DNA of 64,000 nucleotides from Sedimentisphaerales bacterium. GTDB taxonomy: Bacteria; Planctomycetota; Phycisphaerae; Sedimentisphaerales; Anaerobacaceae. The position numbers and the translations under genes are program-made. Of the stretch, positions 34,143-43,130 are shown in pieces (position 1 is the first letter of the stretch; each line of letters begins with the position of its first letter). The notes beneath the pieces were generated by a model, which did no database searches, had not been told where the DNA came from, and saw only the letters and a list, made by a program, of their open reading frames with translations. Location of the stretch: NCBI GenBank assembly GCA_040772485.1, contig JAXGYC010000007.1, positions 416,001 to 480,000 on the forward strand, read 5' to 3'.

Positions 34143-35462
34143 ATGCAGCGCAAACTGACCCGCCGTACATTTCTCCGCAACGCCGCATGGGCCGGCTCGG
34201 GCCTGGTCATCCTGTCCAACAGCCGGCTGGTGCGCGGGACTTCCGCCAACAGCAAGCTCAACATCGCCGGCATCGGCATCGGCGGGCGCGGCGCCGCGGA
34301 CATCGAAGGCGTCGCAAGTGAAAACCTCGTGGCCCTGTGCGACGTCGACGAGGCCCATGCCGCCAAGACCTTCGAACAGCATCCCGGCGCCAAGCGGTAC
34401 AAGGACTTCCGCAGAATGCTGGACGAGATGCACAATCAGATCGACGCGGTGGTGATTGGCACGCCGGACCATACCCACGCCCCTGCCGGCGTGATGGCGA
34501 TGAAACTCGGCAAGCACTGCTACTGTGAGAAGCCGCTGACCCACAGCGTCTACGAAGCCCGGATGATGGCGAACACCGCCCGCGAGAACAACCTCGTCAC
34601 GCAGATGGGCACGCAGATTCACGCGGAGAACAACTACCGCCGTGTCGTCGAGCTGGTGCAGAGCAACGCGATCGGTCCGGTGCGTGAGGTCCATGTCTGG
34701 CTGGGCGCCAATTTCGACGGTCCGCCCAAGCCCACCGACACGAGCCAGCCGGATGCACCGACCGGACACCACGATGTCCCGCAAACGCTCGACTGGGACC
34801 TCTGGCTCGGACCGGCCCCATACCGTTTCTACAGCCCCGCCTATGCGCCGTTCCATTGGCGATACTGGTGGAACTTTGCCAACGGGCAATTGGGCGATTT
34901 CTTCTGCCACTACTGCGATCTGGCCTTCTGGGCGCTGAAGCTGCGGCATCCGACCACCATCGAAGCCGAAGGGCCCGTCCATCCCGAGAGCGCCGCCAAA
35001 TGGACCATCGCGCGGCAGGAATATCCCGCTCGGGGCGACCTTCCGCCCGTGACGCTGACGTGGTACAACGGCGGCGGCTATCCCGCTCTCGTGAAGGAAA
35101 GGAACGTGCCACAGTGGCCCAGCGGCGTGCTGTTCATCGGCTTCAAGGGCATGCTGCTGGCCGATTACGGCAAGCACCAACTGCTCCCCGAGACCCAGTT
35201 CGCTGGTTTCGTGCCGCCCGAGCCGTTCATTCCGAACTCCATCGGCCATCATCGAGAATGGATCGAGGCCTGTAAGACGGGCGGACCGACGACGTGCAAT
35301 TTCGATTACAGCGGCGCGCTGACCGAGGCGGCGCTGCTGTGCAACGTGGCGCTTCGTACCGGCCGCAAGCTCTCGTGGGACGCCGCAAACCTCAAGGCCG
35401 TCGGCTGCCCGGAAGCCGATGCGTACATCCGGCGTCCCTACCGACCGGGATGGACGCTCTGA
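34143..35462 (+). CDS. Tat-exported Gfo/Idh/MocA family oxidoreductase
   Basis: TRRTFLR signal; IAGIGIGGRG, IDAVVIGTPDHTH, CEKPLTH, QMGTQ, LDWDLWLGPAP. Confidence 0.93.
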   Translation: MQRKLTRRTFLRNAAWAGSGLVILSNSRLVRGTSANSKLNIAGIGIGGRGAADIEGVASENLVALCDVDEAHAAKTFEQHPGAKRYKDFRRMLDEMHNQIDAVVIGTPDHTHAPAGVMAMKLGKHCYCEKPLTHSVYEARMMANTARENNLVTQMGTQIHAENNYRRVVELVQSNAIGPVREVHVWLGANFDGPPKPTDTSQPDAPTGHHDVPQTLDWDLWLGPAPYRFYSPAYAPFHWRYWWNFANGQLGDFFCHYCDLAFWALKLRHPTTIEAEGPVHPESAAKWTIARQEYPARGDLPPVTLTWYNGGGYPALVKERNVPQWPSGVLFIGFKGMLLADYGKHQLLPETQFAGFVPPEPFIPNSIGHHREWIEACKTGGPTTCNFDYSGALTEAALLCNVALRTGRKLSWDAANLKAVGCPEADAYIRRPYRPGWTL

Positions 35463-35490
35463 ACAGTGGCCCCGCCAGGAGAAGGATGAC

Positions 35491-37665
35491 ATGGGCAGAC
35501 GGCAAAGGACTCGAACCGATTGCTTTCGTGTCGGCACGCCACTCGGATGGATGGCGGTCGCTCTGGCGATTCTGGCGTCAGGCTGGATCGGCGAGGCTTG
35601 CGCCGCCGCACCGATTGCCCTGCACCCGGAGAACCCCCACTACTTTCTCTGGCGGGACAAGCCCGCCATCCTGATCACGTCGGGCGAGCACTACGGCGCC
35701 GTCCTGAACCGTGCGTTCGACTACGTCAAGTACCTCGACACGCTACAGGCCAACGGATTCAACCTGACGCGCACGTTCAGCGGGGCGTACTGCGAGCCGC
35801 CGGGAGCGTTCCACATCGAGAGGAACACGCTCGCCCCGGCCAAAGGAGACCTGCTCTGCCCCTGGGCGCGGAGCGACGTCGGAGGCTATGCCAACGGGGG
35901 CAACAAGTTTGACCTGACCAAGTGGGATCGCGAGTACTTCCAGCGTCTGGCCGACTTCGTCGCCCAGGCGGGCCGGCGTGGCATCGTGGTGGAGTTGGTC
36001 CTGTTCTGCCCGTTCTACGAGGACAGCATGTGGGACCTGAGCCCGATGAACGCCCGCAACAATATCAACGACGTGGGAACCATGGAGCGAACGGCGGTTT
36101 ACACGCTCGAGCATCCCCAGCTGCTGGCGATCCAGGAAGCGATGGTCCGCAAGATCGCCGAGACGCTGCGGGATTTCGATAACGTCTACTATGAGATCTG
36201 CAACGAGCCGTACTTCGGCGGCGTGACCCTGGACTGGCAGCACCATATCGCCGAGACGATCGCCCGCGCCGAGGCCGGGTTCGAGAGCAGGCACCTGATC
36301 GCCCAGAATATCGCCAACAAGGCGCAGGTCGTCGAGAACCCAAGCGCCCACGTCTCGATCTTCAACTTCCACTACGCCAAGCCCCCGATTGCGGTGGCCC
36401 AGAATTACCATTGGGACCGCGTCATCGGCGACGACGAAACCGGATTCGCCGGCGACGACCGGGTCAAGCCATATCGTCTCGAAGGATGGGATTTCATCGT
36501 CGCCGGCGGCGCCGTCTACAGCAACCTGGACTACTCCTTCGCAGTCAGTCATGAAGACGGCTCGGCAAAGATCAACGCGCCCGGAGGAGGCGGTCCCGAG
36601 CTCTGGAGGCAGTTGGGCATCCTCCGAGACTTCATCAATGGCTTCGATTTTGTCAGGATGCGTCCGAACGATTCGATCCTGACGTCGGACCTGCCCGAGG
36701 GAACGACGGCCCGCGCGCTCGTGCAAGCGGGCCAGGCCTACGCGATCTACGTCAACGGGAACAATCTGACCCGGCTGATGGTGGACCTGCCGAGCGGGTC
36801 CTACAACGCCGAATGGATCGACACCAAGACCGGCCAGATCGCGGACAGCCAGTCGTTCACGCACGACAGCGGCCTGCACGCACTGGAAGCGCCGCGCTAC
36901 ACAGACGACATCGCCTTGCGGATCGTCAGCGCCCAGAGGCAGCGACAGGGACTGCTGTTCGAGAGCGACTTCGAAACCGAGGACCTCAAAGGCTGGAAGA
37001 CATCGGGCAACGCGCCGCGCGTGGCCCGCGACCTGTCCAGGGCGGGCAGGCAGGCCATGAAGACGCTGCTGGACCGCGAAAAGGACGAGGTCTCCTATCG
37101 CACCGAAGTCAGCGGTCCCGGGACAGAGGTCGGCAAAGAGTACTGGTACGGCTTCAGCATCTTCCTGCCGGAAGACTACCGGCCCGACCGGATATGGGAG
37201 ATCGTGGCGCAGTGGCACGCCGTGCCCGACTTCGACATCGGCGAAAACTGGCGCAACCCCGTGATGGCCCTGTCGACCACCAGCGGCCGCTGGAGCTGGG
37301 TCAGCCGGTGGGACGCCAAGCGTAACACGTTCGAGAGCGGAACGAGGCAGTACGGCGGAACGCGCAACTACGACTTGGGCCCCTACCGAAGAGGCGTCTG
37401 GACCGACTGGGTCGTCCACGTGAAGTGGTCGTACGGTTCGGATGGATTTCTCCAGGTCTGGAAAGACGGCGAGAAGATCATCAATCAGGACGGGCCCAAC
37501 GCGTTCAACGACGCGCACGGCCCCTACTTCAAGATGGGGCTCTACAAGGGTTGGCGCGATTCGGACCGGCCCAACGACGCCGTCAGCCGGCGCGTGCTCT
37601 ACCACGATGAATTCCGCATGGGGGGATCGGAGGCCAGCTACGAGGACGTCGCCCCCGGCCCATAG
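35491..37665 (+). CDS. Secreted multidomain carbohydrate-active protein: GH-A/GH5-like barrel, small beta domain, and C-terminal polysaccharide-lyase-like domain
   Basis: HPENPHYF, YEICNEP (acid/base Glu), GDDETGF (nucleophile candidate). C-terminal YWYGFSIFLP, IVAQWH, GFLQVWKDG, PYFKMGLYK. Confidence 0.7.
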   Translation: MGRRQRTRTDCFRVGTPLGWMAVALAILASGWIGEACAAAPIALHPENPHYFLWRDKPAILITSGEHYGAVLNRAFDYVKYLDTLQANGFNLTRTFSGAYCEPPGAFHIERNTLAPAKGDLLCPWARSDVGGYANGGNKFDLTKWDREYFQRLADFVAQAGRRGIVVELVLFCPFYEDSMWDLSPMNARNNINDVGTMERTAVYTLEHPQLLAIQEAMVRKIAETLRDFDNVYYEICNEPYFGGVTLDWQHHIAETIARAEAGFESRHLIAQNIANKAQVVENPSAHVSIFNFHYAKPPIAVAQNYHWDRVIGDDETGFAGDDRVKPYRLEGWDFIVAGGAVYSNLDYSFAVSHEDGSAKINAPGGGGPELWRQLGILRDFINGFDFVRMRPNDSILTSDLPEGTTARALVQAGQAYAIYVNGNNLTRLMVDLPSGSYNAEWIDTKTGQIADSQSFTHDSGLHALEAPRYTDDIALRIVSAQRQRQGLLFESDFETEDLKGWKTSGNAPRVARDLSRAGRQAMKTLLDREKDEVSYRTEVSGPGTEVGKEYWYGFSIFLPEDYRPDRIWEIVAQWHAVPDFDIGENWRNPVMALSTTSGRWSWVSRWDAKRNTFESGTRQYGGTRNYDLGPYRRGVWTDWVVHVKWSYGSDGFLQVWKDGEKIINQDGPNAFNDAHGPYFKMGLYKGWRDSDRPNDAVSRRVLYHDEFRMGGSEASYEDVAPGP

Positions 37666-37699
37666 GAACTCCGGGAGACTGTGCTGCTCTTGACTCTGC

Positions 37700-38755
37700 A
37701 TGATGACGGAAAGACGCAAAGTGGTCGTCGCCCTCAGCGGGGGCGTAGACAGTTCCGTCGCCGCCGCGCTGCTGCTCGAATCGGGCTGCGACGTCCAGGG
37801 CGTGTTCATGATTACCTGCGAGCAGAGCCGCCACGCGCGGGCGGAGGCCGAAGAGGTGGCCCACCGGCTTGGCATCCACCTGACCGTGCTCGATCTGCGA
37901 GACGACTTTGCGCAGATTCTCAATTACTTCTTCGATGAATACGCCAAGGCCCGTACCCCCAATCCGTGCGTGATGTGCAACCGCCTCGTCAAATTCGGCA
38001 GGCTCTGGGACTTTGCCCGAGAGACGGGCGCCGAGTTTCTCGCCACCGGCCATTACGCCAAGGTGCTGGAGCGCAATGGGGAAATCGGCCTCTACGAGGG
38101 CGCGAATCTGGCCAAAGATCAATCCTACGCGCTGTCGATGATCCGCCACGACGTGCTCGGCCACATCTTGCTCCCTATGGGTGAGCACTCCAAGGACCAC
38201 GCCAGGCGGATCGCGCGACACTTGGCCCTGGGGACCGAAACCAAGGCCGAGTCGCAGGAGATTTGCTTCATCCCCGACGACGACTATGTTGCGATGCTCG
38301 AACAGCACCATCCCGAACTGGTTCGCCAGGGAGCCATCGTGGACAGTTCGGGCAAGGCTCTCGGCAAGCACCAGGGCATCCATCGCTACACGATCGGCCA
38401 AAGGCGCGGTCTTCGCGTAGCAATGGGCAAGCCCTACTATGTTATCGGTCTCGACGCGAGGAGCAACACGGTGATCCTCGGTCCGAAGGAAGAGGGGATG
38501 CACCGCCACCTGACAGCCGGCGAAGCAAACTGGCTGATCGAGCCGCCCCCGTCCGCTTTCCGTGCAGCGGTCAAGATCCGCTACAACGACCGGGGCAAAC
38601 CTGCGACGGTGCATCCAGCCGGGCCCACCGTCCAAGTCGAATTCGACGAACCCAATATGGCTATCACGCCCGGCCAGCTTGCCGCGTTCTACGTGAACGA
38701 AGATGATCTGCGACGCGTGGTCGGCGCCGGATGGATCGAACGGGCCGACGACTGA
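37700..38755 (+). CDS. mnmA: tRNA 2-thiouridine(34) synthase MnmA
   Basis: SGGVDSS, TPNPCVMCN, ATGHY, KDQSY, ESQEICF, TIGQRRG, TPGQ. Confidence 0.96.
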   Translation: MMTERRKVVVALSGGVDSSVAAALLLESGCDVQGVFMITCEQSRHARAEAEEVAHRLGIHLTVLDLRDDFAQILNYFFDEYAKARTPNPCVMCNRLVKFGRLWDFARETGAEFLATGHYAKVLERNGEIGLYEGANLAKDQSYALSMIRHDVLGHILLPMGEHSKDHARRIARHLALGTETKAESQEICFIPDDDYVAMLEQHHPELVRQGAIVDSSGKALGKHQGIHRYTIGQRRGLRVAMGKPYYVIGLDARSNTVILGPKEEGMHRHLTAGEANWLIEPPPSAFRAAVKIRYNDRGKPATVHPAGPTVQVEFDEPNMAITPGQLAAFYVNEDDLRRVVGAGWIERADD

Positions 38756-38798
38756 ACCTCGAACACCAGACCATTTGCCCGGCGTCGACGATCCAAGC

Positions 38799-38827
38799 TT
38801 GCTGTCGGACCGCAGATGAGGTATAAT
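38799..38827 (+). promoter_or_regulatory. sigma70-type promoter with very short leader
   Basis: TTGCTG-N17-TATAAT ending 11 nt before the ATG at 38839. Confidence 0.6.
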
Positions 38828-38838
38828 CGGAAACCATA

Positions 38839-39906
38839 ATGGTGCAGACGAGTGATGACATTCTGAGTTTGCTCGTGGAAAAGGGTGCACAGGTGGCCAA
38901 GGAGGCACAGCGAGCCGTCATTCTCCAGCCGGGAGCTCTGGGCGATTGCATTCTCACGTTGCCCCTGGCCAAGCTCATGAAAGAGACGCTGGGCCTCGGC
39001 GGCGTCGATATCGTCGGACACAGCGAGTACATCGGTATCCTGCCCGGACGCAGTTGCGTCAGCAGCATTCGGTCCATCGATTCGACCGACCTGCACCGTC
39101 TGTTCGTCGAGCCGGCCAAGTTCGATCTGGCCGACCGCGATCCGCTCATCGACACGTTCGCCGATTACGCCTGGATTGTCACGTTTCTGGGCGAGCCGGA
39201 CGGAGACTTCGAGCAGAACCTGATCTTCACCGCCAATTGCAGCCACAGCGCCGAGATCATTACGCTCTCGCTCAAACCGCCGCAGGAGAGCAAGCAGCAC
39301 GTAGCAGAGTATTACGTTCAGCAGTTTGCCCTTCAGAGCGGCCTGCCGTCCGACCGGCTCCGCCTCGCCGCCGACCAGATCCTCATCGAGGTAACCGAGG
39401 GCGACCGGGAACGAGGACTGGAGCTGCTCGAGCAGACGGGGATCGACGTGTCCAAGAGACTGGTGGTGATCCAGCCCGGCAGCGGCGGACGGCACAAGTG
39501 CTGGCATCTGGAGAATTTCCTGAGCGTCGCCCGGACCCTGCGGGACAGAGGGATTGAGGTTCTGTTTCTGCTGGGACCGGCCGAGGTGGAACGCTTCGAG
39601 AGCATGGACAAGGCGCGTCTGTACGTGACCGCCAAGTGCATGGCCCATCTGCCCCTCAGTCAGGTGGTCGATCTGCTGTCGTGCGCCGACGTGGTGATCG
39701 GCAACGACAGCGGGGTCACACATCTGGCCGCGGGCATGGGGTTGCGCACGTTCGCCCTGTTCGGACCGACCGATCCGGCCCTGTACAAGCCGATCGGTCC
39801 GGCCCTGACCATCCTTCAGGACACGCACGACCGATTCACAACGCAGCCCTGCCCCGACCTCCAGAAGGCGATCGTCGAAGGCATCGCCCCGCACGCCGTA
39901 TCGTGA
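38839..39906 (+). CDS. Glycosyltransferase family 9 (heptosyltransferase-like)
   Basis: PGALGDCIL, IQPGSGGRHKCW, GNDSGVTHLAA, ALFGPTDP. Confidence 0.88.
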   Translation: MVQTSDDILSLLVEKGAQVAKEAQRAVILQPGALGDCILTLPLAKLMKETLGLGGVDIVGHSEYIGILPGRSCVSSIRSIDSTDLHRLFVEPAKFDLADRDPLIDTFADYAWIVTFLGEPDGDFEQNLIFTANCSHSAEIITLSLKPPQESKQHVAEYYVQQFALQSGLPSDRLRLAADQILIEVTEGDRERGLELLEQTGIDVSKRLVVIQPGSGGRHKCWHLENFLSVARTLRDRGIEVLFLLGPAEVERFESMDKARLYVTAKCMAHLPLSQVVDLLSCADVVIGNDSGVTHLAAGMGLRTFALFGPTDPALYKPIGPALTILQDTHDRFTTQPCPDLQKAIVEGIAPHAVS

Positions 39907-40007
39907 AACCAAACCCTCTCCTGGCACTATGAGGTTGACCCCTTCCGACCATCGGATAGAATTCCTCTCTTGTACGGATCACGAAAAGTCCTCGCGCGGA
40001 TGCCGCC

Positions 40008-40113
40008 TTGTCGTCCCGAGCCTCGCGAAGGATCTGGCCACAGCAGAAGGGGCGCCTCTCGTTCGCAGCCCAGGTCCTTCATCCCGATATTCATCGGGAT
40101 TCAGGATGACGAA
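40008..40113. repeat. REP-like intergenic palindromic element with nested hairpin
   Basis: GTCGTCCCGAG...GAAGGATCTGG pairs with CCAGGTCCTTC...TCAGGATGAC. Internal perfect 8-bp IR ATCCCGAT-attc-ATCGGGAT at 40081-40100. Confidence 0.7.
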
Positions 40114-40175
40114 ACGGTCAGCACCCAGGACGTTCGCCGCTTGACGTTTCGCCAGGAAAGTCGCTTGAGAAGAGC

Positions 40176-41024
40176 ATGGCCGTCTCCATCACAGAACCCA
40201 GTGTCATTGGCCTGATCGCAGGCGGAGGGCGCTTGCCTTTCATGGTGGCCTGTGGTGCGAAGAAAGCAGGACTGCGCGTGATATGCGTGGGCCTGGCGGG
40301 CTATGTCGACACGGCGCTGGCGAAAGAGGTGGACGTGTTCCACGAGGTCGCGGTGGCGCGCCCCGGGAGCTGGATTCGCCGGCTTCGCCGACACGGCGTG
40401 ACTGACACGATCATGGTCGGCACCGTCACGAAGTCGCACCTGTTCACGCCGCGACGGATTCTGCGATATATTCCCGACTGGCGGGCGTTCCGCGTCTACT
40501 ACTGGCGGCTCCGCGGCCGGAGCAAACAGACAGATGTGTTTCTGACCGCCTTGGCTGACGAACTGGCCACCGGCGGCATTCGCCTGGAGAACTCCACGAT
40601 GTACTGCGAGCAACACCTGGCCGATTCCGGCGTCATGACCAAACACCAGCCCTCCGCACAGGTGCAGAGCGATATCGAGTTCGGCTGGCCTCTGGCCAGG
40701 CAGCTCGGCCAGATGGACATCGGCCAGGCCATCGCGGTCCGCGAGCGCGAGGTGATCGCCGTCGAAGCCATCGAGGGAACCGCCGAGATGATCAAGCGGG
40801 CCGGCCAGTTCTGCAAGGCCGGCGGATGGACCCTCATCAAGACCGCCAAGCCCAGGCAGGACCCGCGCTTCGACGTCCCCTGCGTCGGGCCTGACACGAT
40901 CCGGGATCTGGCCGCCAATGGAGCCAAGTGCCTGGCGATCGAAGCGGGCCGGACGATCGTCATCGACAAGCCCCAAACCATCGCCCTGGCCGACCAGCTT
41001 GGCATCTGTATCGTCGGTCGCTGA
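40176..41024 (+). CDS. lpxI: UDP-2,3-diacylglucosamine diphosphatase LpxI
   Basis: IGLIAGGGRLP, DIGQAI, AVEAIEGT, KTAKPRQDPRFDVPCVGPDT, LAIEAG. Confidence 0.9.
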   Translation: MAVSITEPSVIGLIAGGGRLPFMVACGAKKAGLRVICVGLAGYVDTALAKEVDVFHEVAVARPGSWIRRLRRHGVTDTIMVGTVTKSHLFTPRRILRYIPDWRAFRVYYWRLRGRSKQTDVFLTALADELATGGIRLENSTMYCEQHLADSGVMTKHQPSAQVQSDIEFGWPLARQLGQMDIGQAIAVREREVIAVEAIEGTAEMIKRAGQFCKAGGWTLIKTAKPRQDPRFDVPCVGPDTIRDLAANGAKCLAIEAGRTIVIDKPQTIALADQLGICIVGR

Positions 41025-41041
41025 TCGCGGCAAACCTTCAG

Positions 41042-42952
41042 CTATTTCGCCCGCATTCTTTGCAGTTCCATCGTCGCCCTGGAGTCGCCTGTCTGCTGCG
41101 ATTTTCGCAAGGTCTCGATAGCCAGCTCGGTCCGGCCCAGCCTCTGGTAAGCGATCCCCAGGAACAGGTACGCCGAACCCAGGTCCGGGTGTCCGAGATC
41201 GATAGCCCGGTTGAGCAGCGTCACGGCCCGTTCGGTGTCGCCGCTCTGAAGCTGCATGGCGCCAAGCCAGAGGGTGGCGTGTGAATGGCTCGGATAGAGC
41301 CTCAGAACACCTTCGTAGTCGGCAATGGCCTCTGTCCAGTTGCCCGCCTCCCGATGCGCATCGCCCCTCTCGGACAAGGCCCGAACGTTCCGCCGGTCAG
41401 CCTCGAGGACGGCGGTGAAGTCCTCGATGGCACCGGCCGGGTTTCCCATCTTACGCCTGGCGATGCCCCGATTGATGAGGTAGTCGGGCTTGGGTTTCAA
41501 TTGGATCGCGCCGTCAAAATCCCGCAACGCCGCCTGCCAGTTGCCGAGATAGGCATAGCAGCCGGCACGGTTGTTCAAGGCCAGATCCGAATTGGGATTG
41601 AGCCGCAGTGCGGCGTCGAGGTCCGCGATGGCCTCCGCATGACGGCCGGCCTCCGCGCGCGCCAGCCCGCGGTTCAGATAGGCAACCCAGAGATCCGTCC
41701 GTCTGCTGAGGACGTCGTTCCACAACGTCAGGCTGTCTTTCCACACTTCGATCCGCCCAAACGTCGCGTGCCCTAAGAGACCCGCAACGACTGTCAGACA
41801 GACCAGCGTCACAGTCTTCCAGGCGCGGCCGCGTGAAGCGATCCGCACGATCAGGGTTCCGACAAGGAAGAACAGCCCAATGCAGGGGACGTAGGCGTAG
41901 CGATCGCAGACCATCAGCTCGCTGATCGGGACAACCTGTATCACCAGCACGAGCGAGGCGACCATAAAAAGCGCCGCGAAGGCCAGGAGCCGACGGTGCC
42001 TGCCGCTGAACCAGATGCCGACGGCCAGAGCCACCAGAACAAAAGGCGCCAAGTAGAACGAGATCGGCAGCCACCCTTCCGGCTTGCTCGGGAATGGATA
42101 GAACACCGACAGATTCGCCGGCCACAGCAGCTTGCCCACGTACCACAGACATGAATAAGACACGATGCAGACCCGCTCCAGCAGCGAATAACGCAGAGCG
42201 AAATCCTGAAGGTGGCTGGCGCCACCGCGGGCGTACACCGCAGTCACGCCGAACACGATCGACAGCAGGACGAAGGGCGCCTTTTCTACGAGCACCCGAC
42301 GGACCGGCCGCCTGCCCATATACAGATCAATCACAACCAACACCAGAGGAAGCGTCGCGGCACTGGACTTGGCCGGCAGGGCCAGCAGGAACAACCCCCA
42401 CACCACCACCAGACGCCACATCCGGCCGGATCTCGTGTACGTCAGGTAGACGATCAAAGCCCCCAGGTAGAACGACGTCGAGAGCAGGATGCTCAGCGAG
42501 GAAACCCACGCCACGACCTCGACCTGGAGCGGATGAATCGCAAACAGAGCCGCCACGATCAACGCGATGGCTGTCCGCTGCGACAGCGACCGGACCAGAA
42601 CATACACCAGCAGGATGTTCGCCAGATGCAGCAGGACGTTGACCGCGTGGTAGACCCTGGGGTTCAGCTCGAAGAAGCGGTACTGCACCGCGAAGACCAG
42701 CGAGGTGAGCGGCTGATACAAAGACACCGTGAAGCTGGAGAAGATGCTCTTGAGCCCCTCCGGCGACAGATCGCGGATCACCGGGTTGGCAACCACTTGG
42801 CGGTCATCGTCCCAGTTGGTGAACCCATTGTCCAAGGCCGGCAGATACAGCAGCGCCGTGGCGATCAGGACAATCCCAACGCCCCCCCATCGGCGTAAGC
42901 GCCCCGACCTCACCGGCCTGCTGTGTTTCGACTTGCCTCTGCCCTGGTTCAT
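41042..42952 (-). CDS. TMTC-like membrane protein (GT-C-fold TM domain plus C-terminal TPRs)
   Basis: FTNWDD, YQPLT, YHAVNVLLHLAN, LFAIHPLQVEVVAW, AKSSA, WPANLSVFYP, DRYAYVP, VWKDSLTLW, followed by about 6 TPRs. Confidence 0.85.
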   Translation of the reverse strand: MNQGRGKSKHSRPVRSGRLRRWGGVGIVLIATALLYLPALDNGFTNWDDDRQVVANPVIRDLSPEGLKSIFSSFTVSLYQPLTSLVFAVQYRFFELNPRVYHAVNVLLHLANILLVYVLVRSLSQRTAIALIVAALFAIHPLQVEVVAWVSSLSILLSTSFYLGALIVYLTYTRSGRMWRLVVVWGLFLLALPAKSSAATLPLVLVVIDLYMGRRPVRRVLVEKAPFVLLSIVFGVTAVYARGGASHLQDFALRYSLLERVCIVSYSCLWYVGKLLWPANLSVFYPFPSKPEGWLPISFYLAPFVLVALAVGIWFSGRHRRLLAFAALFMVASLVLVIQVVPISELMVCDRYAYVPCIGLFFLVGTLIVRIASRGRAWKTVTLVCLTVVAGLLGHATFGRIEVWKDSLTLWNDVLSRRTDLWVAYLNRGLARAEAGRHAEAIADLDAALRLNPNSDLALNNRAGCYAYLGNWQAALRDFDGAIQLKPKPDYLINRGIARRKMGNPAGAIEDFTAVLEADRRNVRALSERGDAHREAGNWTEAIADYEGVLRLYPSHSHATLWLGAMQLQSGDTERAVTLLNRAIDLGHPDLGSAYLFLGIAYQRLGRTELAIETLRKSQQTGDSRATMELQRMRAK

Positions 42953-43031
42953 GGCGCGTTCGTGTGCCTCATAACGGTTCCATGTCGGGGCTTACTCTAC
43001 CAAGGCATCGCGATCTCGACAATTCTTCATC

Positions 43032-43059
43032 TTGCCGATGCGCTTCGCATAGGTATAAT
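43032..43059 (+). promoter_or_regulatory. sigma70-type promoter
   Basis: TTGCCG-N16-TATAAT upstream of 43131. Confidence 0.6.
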
Positions 43060-43130
43060 CAGATGCAACTCTGTGCATCGGGATGGGAAGTCTACATCAA
43101 AGGAACAGGTAGACCGAATAGGAGAGAGCC

